Source of the DNA: Chrysomallon squamiferum
Taxonomy: Eukaryota; Animalia; Mollusca
DNA length: 64,000 nucleotides
Reading direction: 5' to 3'
Assembly (NCBI GenBank): GCA_012295275.1
Contig: CM022668.1
Span: forward strand, 9,114,001-9,178,000
Part shown: piece by piece, positions 38,416-52,542 of the stretch
How the letters are laid out: every line of letters starts with the position of its first letter
How positions within the stretch are numbered: the stretch's first letter is position 1
Made by a program: the position numbers and the translations under genes
The notes under the pieces: model-generated
What the model saw: only the letters and a program-made list of their open reading frames with translations
Databases searched by the model: none
What the model was told of the DNA's origin: nothing

Positions 38416-39558
38416 GTTAACATATGTAATTCTGTTAAATATGAATGCTCAGAAATACTTTAGGTGTGCAGTAAAACTATTTTATTTGTGGAAAGAGAAT
38501 TTACTGTAAAATAGTAAATGATTTATATTTTGTGTCAAACGAGAAGCAGATTTTCTGAGAATTAAGATTAGAAAGAAGGAAATGAATCGTTATTAAATAA
38601 TAAATTATTTTTTAATTAAATGAGAGAATTTCGAAACCTCAAGTTTTATTTATCGTTTGCATTTTGTTGCGAATAATTATAATCCTTAATTACTGTTATT
38701 ATTGGTCAGTTCATACATACTATTCTAAACTAAAGCATGACTTAATTGATTGTAATTATGAATATGATTATCATTATGATTATTAGGTTACTAGAACTAA
38801 AAGGTTTCTGCTAAATTATTTGATTTTTTTGTTTGTTTTGTACTATTTCATTTAAGTTCAGAAACTTTAATTTTAGTTATAATGTGGTTTAATTTAATTG
38901 CTTTGTTGGTCATTTATATTAATTTTTATTATTAATAATAACAGCTAATCAAGACTAGCATTATGGGTCGTAGGTCAGCTCTCCTTAGGAAGAATATCAA
39001 AGTTAAACTGATTTCATAAATTGTTTATATTCCATTATGGTATAAATATTTAGTGAATTTTGCCAAACTTTTGGGGTGTTTTTTCTTTTTTTCTTTTAAG
39101 ATACTGTGTTAGCCAACCACTATTTGTTAATAATTAATGCTATCGTGTAATTCGGTAATATCATTTTTTTTCCATTTTGAACAACAGATCAATCAGTCAT
39201 TTAATACATGTCAGCAACATGGATGTCACATAAATAAAAACCATTGCTGATTGGGTTTTTTCCAATCAAATTAAAACTTTTTTTAACTGAAATAAATACA
39301 TATGTGCAAACTAGGACTAATTTATTTTAGAAACTGGTATTATTTCGAATGTGATTAATTCATGTTTTTATTTATTTCTTTATTATTTGTATGTTTATTT
39401 ATTTTAGAAACTGTTTCATGGTATGTGATTTAATTTAATTTTTTAATTTTTTTTATATGCTTATTTATTTTACAAATGACATGGTATATAATTTATTTGT
39501 TTATTTATTTATTATTTTAGAAATTGTGTTACATGTTATGTGATTTAATTTTTTAAAT

Positions 39559-39597
<39 letters not shown>

Positions 39598-39603
39598 TTT
39601 TAG

Positions 39604-39699
39604 AAACTGTGTGACATGGTGTGTGAACTGCTGTTGGAAGAGTCAAATGTTCAGCCTGTGTCCACACCTGTCACAATATGTGGGGATATTCATGGACAG
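39604..39699 (+). CDS. PPP6C: PP6c exon 2
   Basis: [32 protein letters not shown] (GDxHG motif). Confidence 0.96.
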
Positions 39700-40007
39700 G
39701 TAACTTTATTAGTTTATTTATTTATCTATTTGACAGGTAAAAATAGGTACTTTTGATGCAGCAGTAAAATTTCAAAATCATAAAATAAAAAAATATATTT
39801 TATTGAAAATGGCAAATTCATTTTTCAGTATGGGCACTGGTAAAAAATAATGATAGTGTTTCTCTGTCTTTCTCTCTCTCACACACACACAAATGTAAAT
39901 CTTCAGGAATATGAGTTGAATCCATTTATTCATTTAAACTTTAATCTGGATTGCTTAATTTCATAAGATTATCTATGAGTCACTAATAAATCAGTGTTTT
40001 GAAATTT

Positions 40008-40046
<39 letters not shown>

Positions 40047-40087
40047 TGTTATTGTTAATGTTATTGTTTTAAACATTTTTTTCACAG

Positions 40088-40153
40088 TTCTATGACTTGA
40101 TGGAACTGTTCAAAACTGGAGGTCAGATGCCAGACACAAACTACATATTCATG
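40088..40153 (+). CDS. PPP6C: PP6c exon 3
   Basis: [22 protein letters not shown] with AG/GT ends. Confidence 0.95.
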
Positions 40154-40719
40154 GTATGTGTTTAATTTTTGATTTGTTTTAATTTTTCATTTGTTGTTAT
40201 CAGTAAAAAGGTGTGTTGGTATATGTATTTATAGCTATGTATATTTATGTATGCATGCATATGATTGTGTGTGTGTGTATGTGTGTGTTACATGTCTGTG
40301 TTATGTGTTGGTGTGTAAGAGAGAGTTGTTTGTGGTGCTTATCTGGTGTTTCTTTTTTTAATTCAGAATAGAAATCTGTTAATGAACATCTCTGTATTAC
40401 AAATAGGCTGTGTATGCTGTGTATTTTTCATGTTTCGTTCTTTTCTTTTTCATTAGCTGTCAGTCTTTGTTGATAACAAAGTATAAAAAAAAATAACAGT
40501 TTTGAGATGTCTAGGAATTCTTGATTCTTTCTTGTATTTTCACCCTTTGTACTTTATGTTAATTCTAAAATTCTAAAATTTCCCAAAAAATATTCTGGTA
40601 CCAAGAATTTCTGTTAAGATATTCTCAACCTTTAATATTGTATTTTATTTTGTTTTAATTTATTTTCATTATTAATATTAAGAATTTTTTTTTGTTGAGA
40701 TAATTCTCTTTTATTTCAG

Positions 40720-40787
40720 GGTGATTTTGTTGATCGTGGTTATTTCAGTTTAGAAACATTCACACTTCTGCTCACACTTAAAGCAAA
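40720..40787 (+). CDS. PPP6C: PP6c exon 4
   Basis: [22 protein letters not shown] (GDxVDRG motif). Confidence 0.96.
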
Positions 40788-41180
40788 GTAGGTGAATTTT
40801 ATATTTAAGTTTACAAATTCTCCATGACATATCTAAACATGAGAATAATACGTGGAGCCTGTCATTCTTTCTTCTTGTATGACTTGATTTAATATCTAGA
40901 AACGATAAATTATCTGGATAGACTTTAACTAGCTGTACTGAGGGATAAAAATATAGATAACAGATAAATATATATATATATGTATGTATGTATGTATGTA
41001 TATATGGTTATTATACTCAGTATCTTAAAAATAAAGAAAACTTTAAAAATGTAGAAATTTTATATATAATATATACACAGACACCCACACACACACACAA
41101 TTCTATTTTAATTTGAATTAAGCATTTTCATTATTAACTGTTTATTAGACTGTGTATGAACTGTTTTTGTTTGTGTGTAG

Positions 41181-41254
41181 ATGGCCTGACAGAATACTCT
41201 TGCTGAGGGGAAACCATGAGAGCAGACAGATAACACAGATATACGGCTTTTATG
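41181..41254 (+). CDS. PPP6C: PP6c exon 5
   Basis: [22 protein letters not shown] (GNHE motif). Confidence 0.95.
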
Positions 41255-41418
41255 GTAAACTTACACACTTTCTGTTTTACAATGTGATTCAGTATCAAAA
41301 TGACCATCTCTAGTGAACTGAATAAAAAGGATCAGTGTTTTGAATAATATTTGTGCCATGCAAAGAAACCAGATTTGAATTTGATCATTTTATGCCTCAC
41401 TTTTCTTTTAAAAGAATA

Positions 41419-41451
<33 letters not shown>

Positions 41452-41493
41452 TGTATGTATGTATGTATGTATGTATGTATGTATGTATGTTTG

Positions 41494-41524
<31 letters not shown>

Positions 41525-41729
41525 TTGTATGTATATATGTTTGTTAATTTAAACACACACAAAATGCAGTTTTTTCTGCCCTACAACTGCTTCACAAAAT
41601 GAGAAAAATTATTAAACTAAATAATTTTATTATCTAACATACCTACAACTGTTTATTAGGAGACTATTGCAAACAGTATGTATATGTGTAATAAACATTA
41701 GTTTTATATTCTGTTTTGAATTCATTCAG

Positions 41730-41809
41730 ATGAATGTCAGACGAAGTATGGGAATGCTAATGCATGGCGATATTGTTGTCGAGTGTTTGATCTTCTGACT
41801 GTGGCAGCT
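41730..41809 (+). CDS. PPP6C: PP6c exon 6
   Basis: [26 protein letters not shown]. Confidence 0.95.
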
Positions 41810-42223
41810 GTAAGTATTTCCACAGTAAATTAATTCTTAGTTCCAGGATGCAAGAATCAGTTGTATTTATATCTTAAAGACTTGAATTTCATTACGTTTT
41901 CATTTACATGATAATTTCATAAAAAAATATCAGTTATACTAAATTAGTAGAATTTTAAAAATATTTTTAATCAAAATAATATTCAAAATATTAGTTTTTT
42001 TAAGTCTTTAGTTAAATTTCTTTCTTTCTCTACGTTTCTTTAATTGTTTTTAATTAAAAGTTTTTTAAATTTTAATTTCTATTATTACTTTCTTTTTTTG
42101 TCATTATAATATTACAACTACAATTTATTATATTTATATATATATTTTTTTGTCAGTTTAATATTACTACTACAATATATTTTAATTGTGAACAGAAATA
42201 GACTGATTTTAAAACTTGTTTAG

Positions 42224-42341
42224 ATTGTAGATGAGTGTATTTTGTGTGTTCACGGTGGCCTATCTCCAGATATTAAAACAATCGACCAAATCAGGACAAT
42301 TGAAAGAAATCAAGAAATTCCACACAAGGGTGCTTTTTGTG
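42224..42341 (+). CDS. PPP6C: PP6c exon 7
   Basis: [39 protein letters not shown]. Confidence 0.95.
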
Positions 42342-43045
<704 letters not shown>

Positions 43046-43137
43046 ATCTTGTGTGGTCTGACCCTGAAGATGTTGAAACGTGGGCAATGAGTCCCCGGGG
43101 GGCAGGCTGGCTGTTTGGGGCAAAGGTTACTAATGAA
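43046..43137 (+). CDS. PPP6C: PP6c exon 8
   Basis: [30 protein letters not shown]. Confidence 0.96.
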
Positions 43138-43540
43138 GTGAGTATTATCACACCAGATAAGCAATTTAAACTTAAACTGATACATGTGTGAATATCAGTT
43201 TAGCGAGGGATGAACTAGTAAATATGTGTAGGGTGTGTATATGTGAGTATGGGGGGGAGAGAGAGAGAGAGACACACACACACACACACACAGACAGAGA
43301 GAGAAGGGGAGGAGAGAGAGAGAGAGAGAGAGGAGACAGAGAGAGAAGGGGAGAGGGAGAGAGAAGGGAGAGGAGGAGAGAGAGTGTGTGTGAGAGTGAG
43401 TGAGTGAGTGAGTGTATGTGTGTGAGAGTGAGTGAGTGCACACACATATATGCATTTTCTGCTGATCATATATTTCATGTTTTTATTTGACTTGCTCAGT
43501 AATGAATGTCCATGTATTAATAAGTAATTTGATGTTTCAG

Positions 43541-43598
43541 TTTGTTCACATCAACAATTTAAAGTTGATATGCAGAGCTCATCAGCTGGTTCATGAAG
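43541..43598 (+). CDS. PPP6C: PP6c exon 9
   Basis: [19 protein letters not shown]. Confidence 0.95.
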
Positions 43599-44074
43599 GT
43601 AAATTTAATTTTCTATACGATCTGCCATTAACTGCAAACATTGCTACAAGGGGAAAGGTGTTTGAGGATTATTTATGAAATTACATGATAGGTCATTACA
43701 TGTGTATGAAATTGCTAAGTAAACATTTTAGAGGGTGTTGGTATCAGATTCCATAAACTAATGAGTTTTTACAAAACAGAATCTCAGATTTTTACTGTTA
43801 GCCTTTCCTGTTAAATAATTCTAAAAGTAGATTGAAAAATCTGAAATAAACTTTTGTTTGAAAATTTTTGAATTTATTTGTTGTTAACCATTTAAATTTT
43901 ATTTCAGTTCATTTTGCTTACTGACTTCTATTTTTTTCTTATTTTTATTTTTTTTAAATTTTAATTGAGTTTCAGTTCTTATTTAATTTTTTTTTTTTTT
44001 TTAATTATTATTATTTATTAATTTTAAACATTTCATTTCGTTTCGTTTCATTTTTGTGTTTTAATAATCTTCAG

Positions 44075-44265
44075 GATACAAATTTATGTTTGATGAGAAA
44101 CTGGTCACCATTTGGTCAGCTCCGAACTACTGCTACCGCTGTGGCAACATCGCAGCTGTTCTGTCGTTCAACACGCCCGACACCAAGGAGGCGAAACTGT
44201 TCCGCGCTGTTCCAGACAACGAGCGAGTGATACCTCCCAGAACACAGACTCCCTACTTTTTATGA
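44075..44265 (+). CDS. PPP6C: PP6c exon 10 (terminal)
   Basis: [27 protein letters not shown]...[11 protein letters not shown], with the conserved TPYFL tail. Exons sum to 918 nt (305 aa plus stop). Confidence 0.97.
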
Positions 44266-45312
44266 GAACATTTTTCTTTTTAATTGTTTTCAAATATTAT
44301 CATCTCTAGAACAATTGTATCATTAATCCTTTCACTTCGGAAGCGGCCTGGTTATATATGTGGGTGTGTGTGACCCACTCTAGGTCACGATTTGAAGATT
44401 TGAAGATTTGAAGATTTGCTTTAAGATCACCATAGCAACAGAGCTTACTGTGTGTGTGGAGTGGGGTAACAGAAACTTCAACTTATTTCTTGATATCTAA
44501 AACTATTAGCTCAGAACTTGAATTTTTTTTGGGGGTGGGAGGGTTCTGTTGTTTGTTTTTTTTGTTTTTTTAAATTATATCTGAAATATGTTTTATAGTT
44601 TTCTAATTTCATTACCAAAGTTTACATAGCAATATTTTCGAGCTCTGTTTATGTTGATTTTTCTGGAAAGCACTCCGACAATAATTTTGTATATCAAGAC
44701 AAGGAATAAGTCTTTTTTTTTTTTTTTTTTTTTTTTTTTCTTCTTCTTTTTAGCAGCTTGCACTTTACAAAATATTACATAAATCCTTTAGTATATTTTG
44801 ACATTCTTGACTGAATGCGAACTAAATCTGCAGTATTATCTATTATTTATTTCTTGAAATTACTAACATGGCATTTAATTTTTATTTCATTAACTGGTTT
44901 GCAGTTGAGAGCTCTGATTGCAGTTTTCGTGGAATGCCACAATTAGTGACTCTCCTCAGTAAATCAGTTGACATTGCTGATAAAGGAGTAATAACATTTA
45001 TCATTTTGTTCAAATGGTACAGTTTAGAAATAATGGTGAAGAATTATATTTACAGTTGTCTAAAGAGGAGGCCAGTAGTTCACAGAAAAGCTGCACTAAA
45101 TAAATTGTTTAGAAATATACTAATCAAAACTAACAATAAATTAAAATATTTTTGACGGTTTCATACATTATTGTTTTAAATTGTTTCTTTGTCAGTTCAC
45201 CAATTGTATAAATTGCACATCTTCAAAAAAAAAAAAAAAAAAAACAATCGTTTTGTCTGGAAAATGATCATTGAATAACATAGTGTATATATATATATAT
45301 ATAACAAAACTG

Positions 45313-45318
45313 AATAAA
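45313..45318 (+). terminator. Candidate polyadenylation signal of PP6c
   Basis: AATAAA about 1 kb after the stop codon, followed by a GT/T-rich tract (~45345-45365). Confidence 0.4.
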
Positions 45319-45392
45319 TAAACTGATCTTTTTTAAAATACAGAAGTTTGTGTTTTTCTTTTAATTAATAAAAACAAACTCATTTATTAAAA

Positions 45393-45432
<40 letters not shown>

Positions 45433-45844
45433 CATGTGTACTAAATATAACAAAGGAATTACAACATAACTGATGGAAACACTGCAGACAGAAAATTCTT
45501 CTCAGCTTAAAGCTAACAGTGATCCTGCCCAAATCTCTTGTACTCTGAATCTTACAGTGACTTCACCCAGTCCTTTCACATCTTATAATTAATAGTGACC
45601 CTATCCAGATGTCCAAACCATATTACTAACTGATCCAATATTCTGAATCTCACAACACTGTCCAGATCTCCCACATCCTGCAATTAACAGTGACTGCAAA
45701 CCAAACTTAACTAATTGTGATCCTAATAAACCCTCATACTCTGTAGGTGAGGTGAACTTGTCCAAACCTCCCATATCCTGTAACTAACTGTGATCCTACA
45801 TATCACTGATGAATCCTATACCTTAACTAATAATGTCACTAATC

Positions 45845-46410
45845 AAACCTTCCATGTTCTGTATCTAATTGTTACTGCTGAAACCTTCCATATCCTGGAT
45901 CTAATAGTGACTACTGAAACCTTCCATATCCTGTATCTAATAGTGACTACTGAAACCTTCCATATCCTGTATCTAATAGTGACTACTGAAACCTCCCATA
46001 TCCTGTATCTAATAGTGACTACTGAAACCTCCCATATCCTGGATCTAATAGTGACTACTGAAACCTCCCACATCCTGTATCTAATAGTGACTCATGAAAC
46101 CTCTCATATCCTGTATCTAATAGTGACTACTGAAACCTATATCCTGTATCTAATAGTGACTACTGAAACCAATATCCTGTATCTAATAGTGACTACTGAA
46201 ACCTCCCATATCTTGTATCTAATAGTGACTCATGAAACCTCTCATATCCTGTATCTAATAGTGACTACTGAAACCTATATCCTGTATCTAATAGTGACTA
46301 CTGAAATCTCCCATATCCTGTATCTAATAGTGACTACTGAAACCTCCAATATCCTGTATCTAATAGTAACTGCTAAAACCTCCCATATCTTATATCTGAC
46401 TATACTGAAA
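45845..46410. repeat. 36-bp (and 30-bp variant) minisatellite
   Basis: Repeated ACTGAAACCTCCCATATCCTGTATCTAATAGTGACT, with degenerate copies extending left to ~45500. Confidence 0.92.
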
Positions 46411-48237
46411 TCTTCCATACCTTCTAACCAACAGTAACCCTATTCAAACTAGATATACTCTAACCAAATGTTCCATATACTCTAAGTATCAAAATCTTCC
46501 ATAACAGTAACTCTATCCAAAGCACAAACATCCTTTAAAAAAACAATTGAACCCAAATACTGAGTGAAACCAATACTTCCATACCCTACAGTTATATGTG
46601 ACACACCCAACCCACCCACTGTATAAATGTAATCCACAGATCTCTGTTACAGTTCTGTAGTTTATGTTTAAAACTAATAGATAGATGAAACTAGTTCCAA
46701 GGTAAATGAAATTGTTGCTCAATTTCCCATTCCAAAAGCAAGTTAAATAGTTTATTTTAAAAATAAGTTAAAAACAAAAAGAAAACAAAGAGTAGATGTT
46801 TTTTTTTTATTAATAACTCAAGATGGACTTATAAACATTTTAAAAACTGCTAATATATAAATGACTTGTACTATCCTTTATCTTCCTTCTTTTCATATTT
46901 TGTTGAATTTTAGTTTGGTTTTATCTTTTTTTTTTTTTTAAATTATTATTACAGCACAGTATATTAGTAAATATAGCATACTAAATAATAATAATAATAA
47001 TAATAATAATAATTTTATTAAAAAACAGAATATTTTTATTAAAAAAATAATATTTTTATACATTTTTCAATTATCATAACTTCTAAAACCAAACTAAAAC
47101 CAAAATCCCACCTTAGACAAAAGTCTTTTGATTCTAAAATATTAGTATTGAAATAAACAGCAAAATAAACATCAGCAGGTTTTTCTCCACCTTTATATAC
47201 ATCAATATAATAAAATATAACAATAGTTTTCTCTTGTTTTATTTCATAATGCTTTAGTATGTATATAGATATATAGAACAAATACAGAAGTATACACACA
47301 TCAACTTACTTTTCAGTCTACAAGAACACACAGACAGACAGACATTCTGACCAAAGAAACAAAAGATTTCAAATGTTACACCCAAAAACAACATGCTTTA
47401 ATACAGATATGATCAACAAACAATAAAATGTATTCTTATTGTTTTATTAACCAGTGGGTATTAACAGTGTACGTACTAAAATAACTTTTTTAAATTATAA
47501 ACTACATCCAAAATATTGTAAAATAACCAAAATATTGTTGCCATGTATTTGTAGTATGTAATCCAAGTAAAAAATAAAATATAGTAAATAAAATAATATT
47601 TATTTATATTTTTCTACTTTCCTTCCAGTTGAACTAATATTCAAACAATGAAGGGGTTAAACCATATTTGCAATAAAAAAAAAATATGAAAATAAATATT
47701 TAAAAAAATTGTTTTCACAAAAAAAAAAAAAAAACATAACAGTAATAATAAAAAAAAAAAATAAATTTCCCTGCAATAAATATTGTAATACTGACAACTA
47801 AAAAAACAAGTAACAATAATAATGCAATGTAATGGTTTAATATACTATTACTTAATTAACAGAAGGATATATATACAAAAATTAAATTTCAAGCGATTAA
47901 GATATATCACAGAAAGGAAAGCTTGGATGGAATACAATGGACGGACTGTTATAGTTCTTCTCCTAAAATAAATTAATTTAAAACCACAACACAATACACA
48001 TCATTGGTTTGATTGTGCCATTTTGTTTGAAATTTGAAGAAAATAAGGAACACTTTGTCATTCAACCACACCTCACACAAAACAAAACCAAATCAAACAT
48101 AACACATCTGATTTGTTGAGAAAACAAAAATTCCCTTTACAAATTGTGAATTGAAAGTCATAAATAATGTTTTGCATATATTGTTACGTCACCGATTCTA
48201 AAACACAAATCTCTTGATGTACATGTTTGACATTACT

Positions 48238-48480
48238 GTTCAAAATCCCAAATCCCACACAACAATACATTTCTTTTTGTTTTTAAAATCCCAAATCCCA
48301 TACATTGGTACATTTCTTTTTCAAAAATCCCAAATCCCACACAATGGTACATTTCTTTTTCAAAAATCCCAAATCCCACACATTGGTACATTTGTTTTTT
48401 TAAAATTCCCAAATCCCACACAATGGTACATTTGTTTTTAAAATTACTCAAACCCACACAACTGAACACTTATTTTTAAC
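48238..48480. repeat. ~39-bp minisatellite
   Basis: Repeated AAAATCCCAAATCCCACACA(A/T)TGGTACATTT. Confidence 0.88.
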
Positions 48481-49242
48481 AAACACAAACTACACACAAC
48501 AGTAGATATGCTTTTTAAAACACAGGTCACTCACATTTCACATTAAAGAAAACCATACCAGAGCCAATGATTCAACATTCACTTAAAAAAATAAAAAAAA
48601 ATAAAACACATCCCTTAACATAATGTCCATTTCTGTATAAAAACTGGGACACAATATGTCTTTTTTTTTTTCAAGGAAAAAACTTCCTTATTATTCACCT
48701 GTACAGTATTTTAAAATAACCATCATATATAGATTACAGTATTTAAAGGTTGAAAAAAAAAAAGGTTGTTTGACACAAAGCTTTATAAGATTTAAAATGC
48801 TCCACATACAAACTTCACCATAATTTTTATAACCAATTAATAAAAATATACATAACATTGTCTTTAGAAATACATAACCCATTGTACTAAAATATCACAG
48901 TTTTTGAAAATTAAAACAAAGTCCACACACACACATACATACATACATATACATATATATATATATAATGTGTACAACAGGAAAATTAAGTACATATAAA
49001 CATAGACAGTAGATTTGTAAAATATTAATAAATAATAAAAACACTTAAAAACATAGTTGTTGAAATAGAACAACATATCTGTAGTTATTAACAGTTGGAC
49101 AGAAAGTTCACTTGACCGAGGTCAAAGTTCAGACAGGTCAAAGTTCAAGGCTGGTAGACACTGTTTATTAAGAAGTTTTGAAACAGACAGGGCTGAACAT
49201 CCACTGGATCACCCTTTCATTTTAAATAAATAAATAAATAAA

Positions 49243-49273
<31 letters not shown>

Positions 49274-49420
49274 TAAATATTAAAAATAAATAAATAAATA
49301 TAAAAAAAAATTAAATAAATAAATAAAAATAATTAAGAATTAGATAAAATAAAATAATTACAAAAAGAAAAGATTTTGTTAAAAATACACATTTTATTTA
49401 AATAGATTAATTTCGGTTCC

Positions 49421-49504
<84 letters not shown>

Positions 49505-49669
49505 TAAATAAATAAAAAAATAAATAAATAAATAAAATAAATAAAATAAACATATAAATAATAAAATAAAATTTAAAAAAAAACCTACAAATTATAAGAA
49601 GAAATAAAAATAAATAAAAATATAAAAAAACAAAAACATTGTGAAAGGGCTGGTTGCCATGGCGAAGCG

Positions 49670-49876
49670 CTAATTGTCGAGCTGACAGAGAAGCGCGACA
49701 CCGCGCATGATCCAGTGCTCTTCAGGCTTGTCTGATGGAAGCATCATCCCGATGACGAAGTTGGTGGAGTGACCGGTGGTCGACAGTGTCCCTCGCCTCT
49801 CGCTGGTCTTGTAGACTGGACACCGGTAAACAGGCTTGTCTGGTATGTCTGATCGCTTGCACGGCTTCAGCCACAT
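49670..49876 (-). CDS. DNAH7: DNAH7-like terminal exon
   Basis: [56 protein letters not shown], typical of single-headed inner-arm dyneins of the DNAH7/3/12 group. From recollection it is closest to DNAH7. Confidence 0.93.
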   Translation of the reverse strand: MWLKPCKRSDIPDKPVYRCPVYKTSERRGTLSTTGHSTNFVIGMMLPSDKPEEHWIMRGVALLCQLDN

Positions 49877-49878
49877 CT

Positions 49879-51045
49879 GAAAACAGAGAGTGAAACAGTT
49901 GAATGACCAGTTTTATGAGCAACTGTGAGTATTCCTAGAACCATCAGTAAATAAAGTGAAACAGTTGAATGACCAGCGTTTTAGAGCAACTGTGAGTATT
50001 CCTAGAAAGTTTGTTTTAGAACCATCAGTAAATAGAGTGAAACAGTTTTATGACCAGCATTTTAGAGCAACTGTGAGTATTCCTAGAACCATCAATAAAT
50101 AAAGTGAAACAGTTTTATGACCAGCGTTTTAGAGCAACTGTGAGTATTCATAGAACCATCAGTAAATAGAGTGAAACAGTTTTATGGGTAGTGTTTTAGA
50201 GCAACTGTGAGTATTCATAGAACCATCAGTAAATAGAGTGAAACAGTTTTATGACCAGTGTTTTAGAGCAACTGTGAGTATTCCTAGAACCATCAGAAAA
50301 TAGAGTGAAACAGTTGAATGACCAGCGTTTCAGAGCAACTGTGAGTATTCATAGAACCATCAGAAAATAGAGTGAAACAGTTGAATGACCAGCGTTTCAG
50401 AGCAACTGTGAGTATTCCTAGAAAGTTTGTTTTAGAACCATCAGTAAATACAGTGAAACAGTTTTATGACAAGTGTTTTAGAGCAACTGTGAGTATTCCT
50501 AGAACCATCAATAAATAAAGTGAAACAGTTTTATGACCAGTGTTTTAGAGCAACTGTGAGTATTCCTAGAAAGGTTTTTAGAACCATCAGTAAATAAAGT
50601 GAAACAGTTTTATGACCAGCATTTTAGAACAACTGTGAATATTCTTAGAAAGTATTAGAACCATCAATAAAGTGAAACAGTTTTATGACCAGTGTTTAGA
50701 GCAACTGTGAATATTCCTAGAAAGTTTATTAGAACCATCAGTAAATAAAGTGAAACAGTTTTATGACCAGCGTTTTAGAGCAACTGTGAATATTCTTAGA
50801 AAGTATTAGAACCATCAATAAAGTGAAACAGTTTTATGACCAGCGTTTTAGAGCAACTGTGAGTATTCCTAGAACCATCAGTAAATAGAGTGAAACAGTT
50901 TTATAGCCAATGTTTTAGAGCAACTGTGAATATTCTTAGAAAGTTTATTAGAACCATCAATAAATAAAGTGAAACAGTTTTATGACCAGTGTTTAGAGCA
51001 AATGAGTATTCCTAGAAAGTTTGTTTTAGAACCATCAATAAGTAA
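49879..51045. repeat. ~61/74-bp tandem array in the last dynein intron
   Basis: Repeated AGTGAAACAGTT..TGACCAG..TTTTAGAGCAACTGTGAGTATTCCTAGAACCATCA. Confidence 0.95.
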
Positions 51046-51119
51046 ACACAGAATTAGTTTTGCAGACAGTTTTAAACTTTTTATGTTTTATAATCATATG
51101 TATTTTTTCACCTTGTCAT

Positions 51120-51124
51120 TTATA

Positions 51125-51155
<31 letters not shown>

Positions 51156-51241
51156 CAAAATATATAACAACACCCAGATATACACACACACACACACACC
51201 AAAATATAACAACACCCAGATATACACACACATATACCATA

Positions 51242-51279
<38 letters not shown>

Positions 51280-51492
51280 ATAAAACAACACACAGATATA
51301 CACACACATATACCATACAAACACACACACACACACTCCCAAAATAAAACAACACACAGATATAACACACATACACCATACAAACACACACACACACCAC
51401 CATACAAACACAGACACTTGTGCATGCACACACACACACACACACACACACACCATACAAACACACACTCCCCAAAATAAAACAACACTCAG

Positions 51493-51528
<36 letters not shown>

Positions 51529-51745
51529 CCCATAATAAAACAACACACAGATATACACACACATATACCATACAAACACACACACACACACACACACACC
51601 ATACAAACACAGACACTTGTGCAGGCACACACACACACTCCCCAAAATAAAACAACACACAGATATACACACACACACAACACACACACTCATGCATGCA
51701 CACACACGTATACCTTACAAACACACACACACACATACATACACT
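51120..51745. repeat. CA-rich compound satellite
   Basis: (CA)n interleaved with CCATACAAA, AAAATAAAACAAC and AGATATAC modules. Confidence 0.85.
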
Positions 51746-51774
51746 ACAGAAGTAAGCTGACTGGTAATACTTAC

Positions 51775-51878
51775 TACAGGCATGGTGTCAAAGAGAACTT
51801 TAGGATTAGATTCAGCCAGCAACTTGGTCTTTCTGTCCCATCTTGCTCCATCCACAAACAAACCTTGTACGTACACAC
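51775..51878 (-). CDS. DNAH7: DNAH7-like exon
   Basis: [34 protein letters not shown] ending at |GTAAGT. Confidence 0.94.
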
Positions 51879-52072
51879 CTGTAAATAAAACAAAATAAAC
51901 AAAAACATTAAAATGATATAACATTTACAGAAGTACTTGGAATGCCATCAAATAAAGTATGTTTTTAATAATCAATTTAATTTAATTTTTTTTAAAGTTA
52001 ATTTTCTATATAGTGAGATCAAGTTTCTGTTTTCAAGTATTGGTCATCACTAAAAGACATTAATAATTTTTC

Positions 52073-52191
<119 letters not shown>

Positions 52192-52211
52192 GTATGTACA
52201 AGTATACAAAC

Positions 52212-52542
52212 CATCATCAGGAGGTTCATCATATTCCTTATCTTCAAGTATCTCGTAGTCGTAACCTAACAGGTCAATGGGGATGGTGTATTTTCTGGCA
52301 TAGTTCTGCTGGGCACCGGTCAAGAAGGCCTGGGTGAAGTAGAAACCTGACACCCAGAAGACTGGGGGTGGGCCCACGTCGTACCAGTCCTGCAGGAACT
52401 TCAGCCTGGCCATGAAGTCGTTGACGTAGCTGCCGAGGGGCTTCAGAGACGGGTAGGACTTCTTCATCCACATCCCCGGAATTTTACCTTTCAGAATACT
52501 CAGAGTGACTTCTTCTAGATCTGCAGACATGACTACCAGACC
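52212..52542 (-). CDS. DNAH7: DNAH7-like exon
   Basis: [65 protein letters not shown]. Confidence 0.95.

Noticed and set aside
45790-46437. 215-aa ORF of LYLIVTTETSHI repeats
   Set aside because: It arises from a 36/30-bp minisatellite that lacks stops in one frame. It has a GTG start and no splice or promoter context, so it is most likely non-coding.
49879-51045. CRISPR-like appearance of regular repeats (also 56965-57452 and 32395-32800)
   Set aside because: The units are contiguous with no unique spacers, there are no cas genes, and the context is eukaryotic introns.
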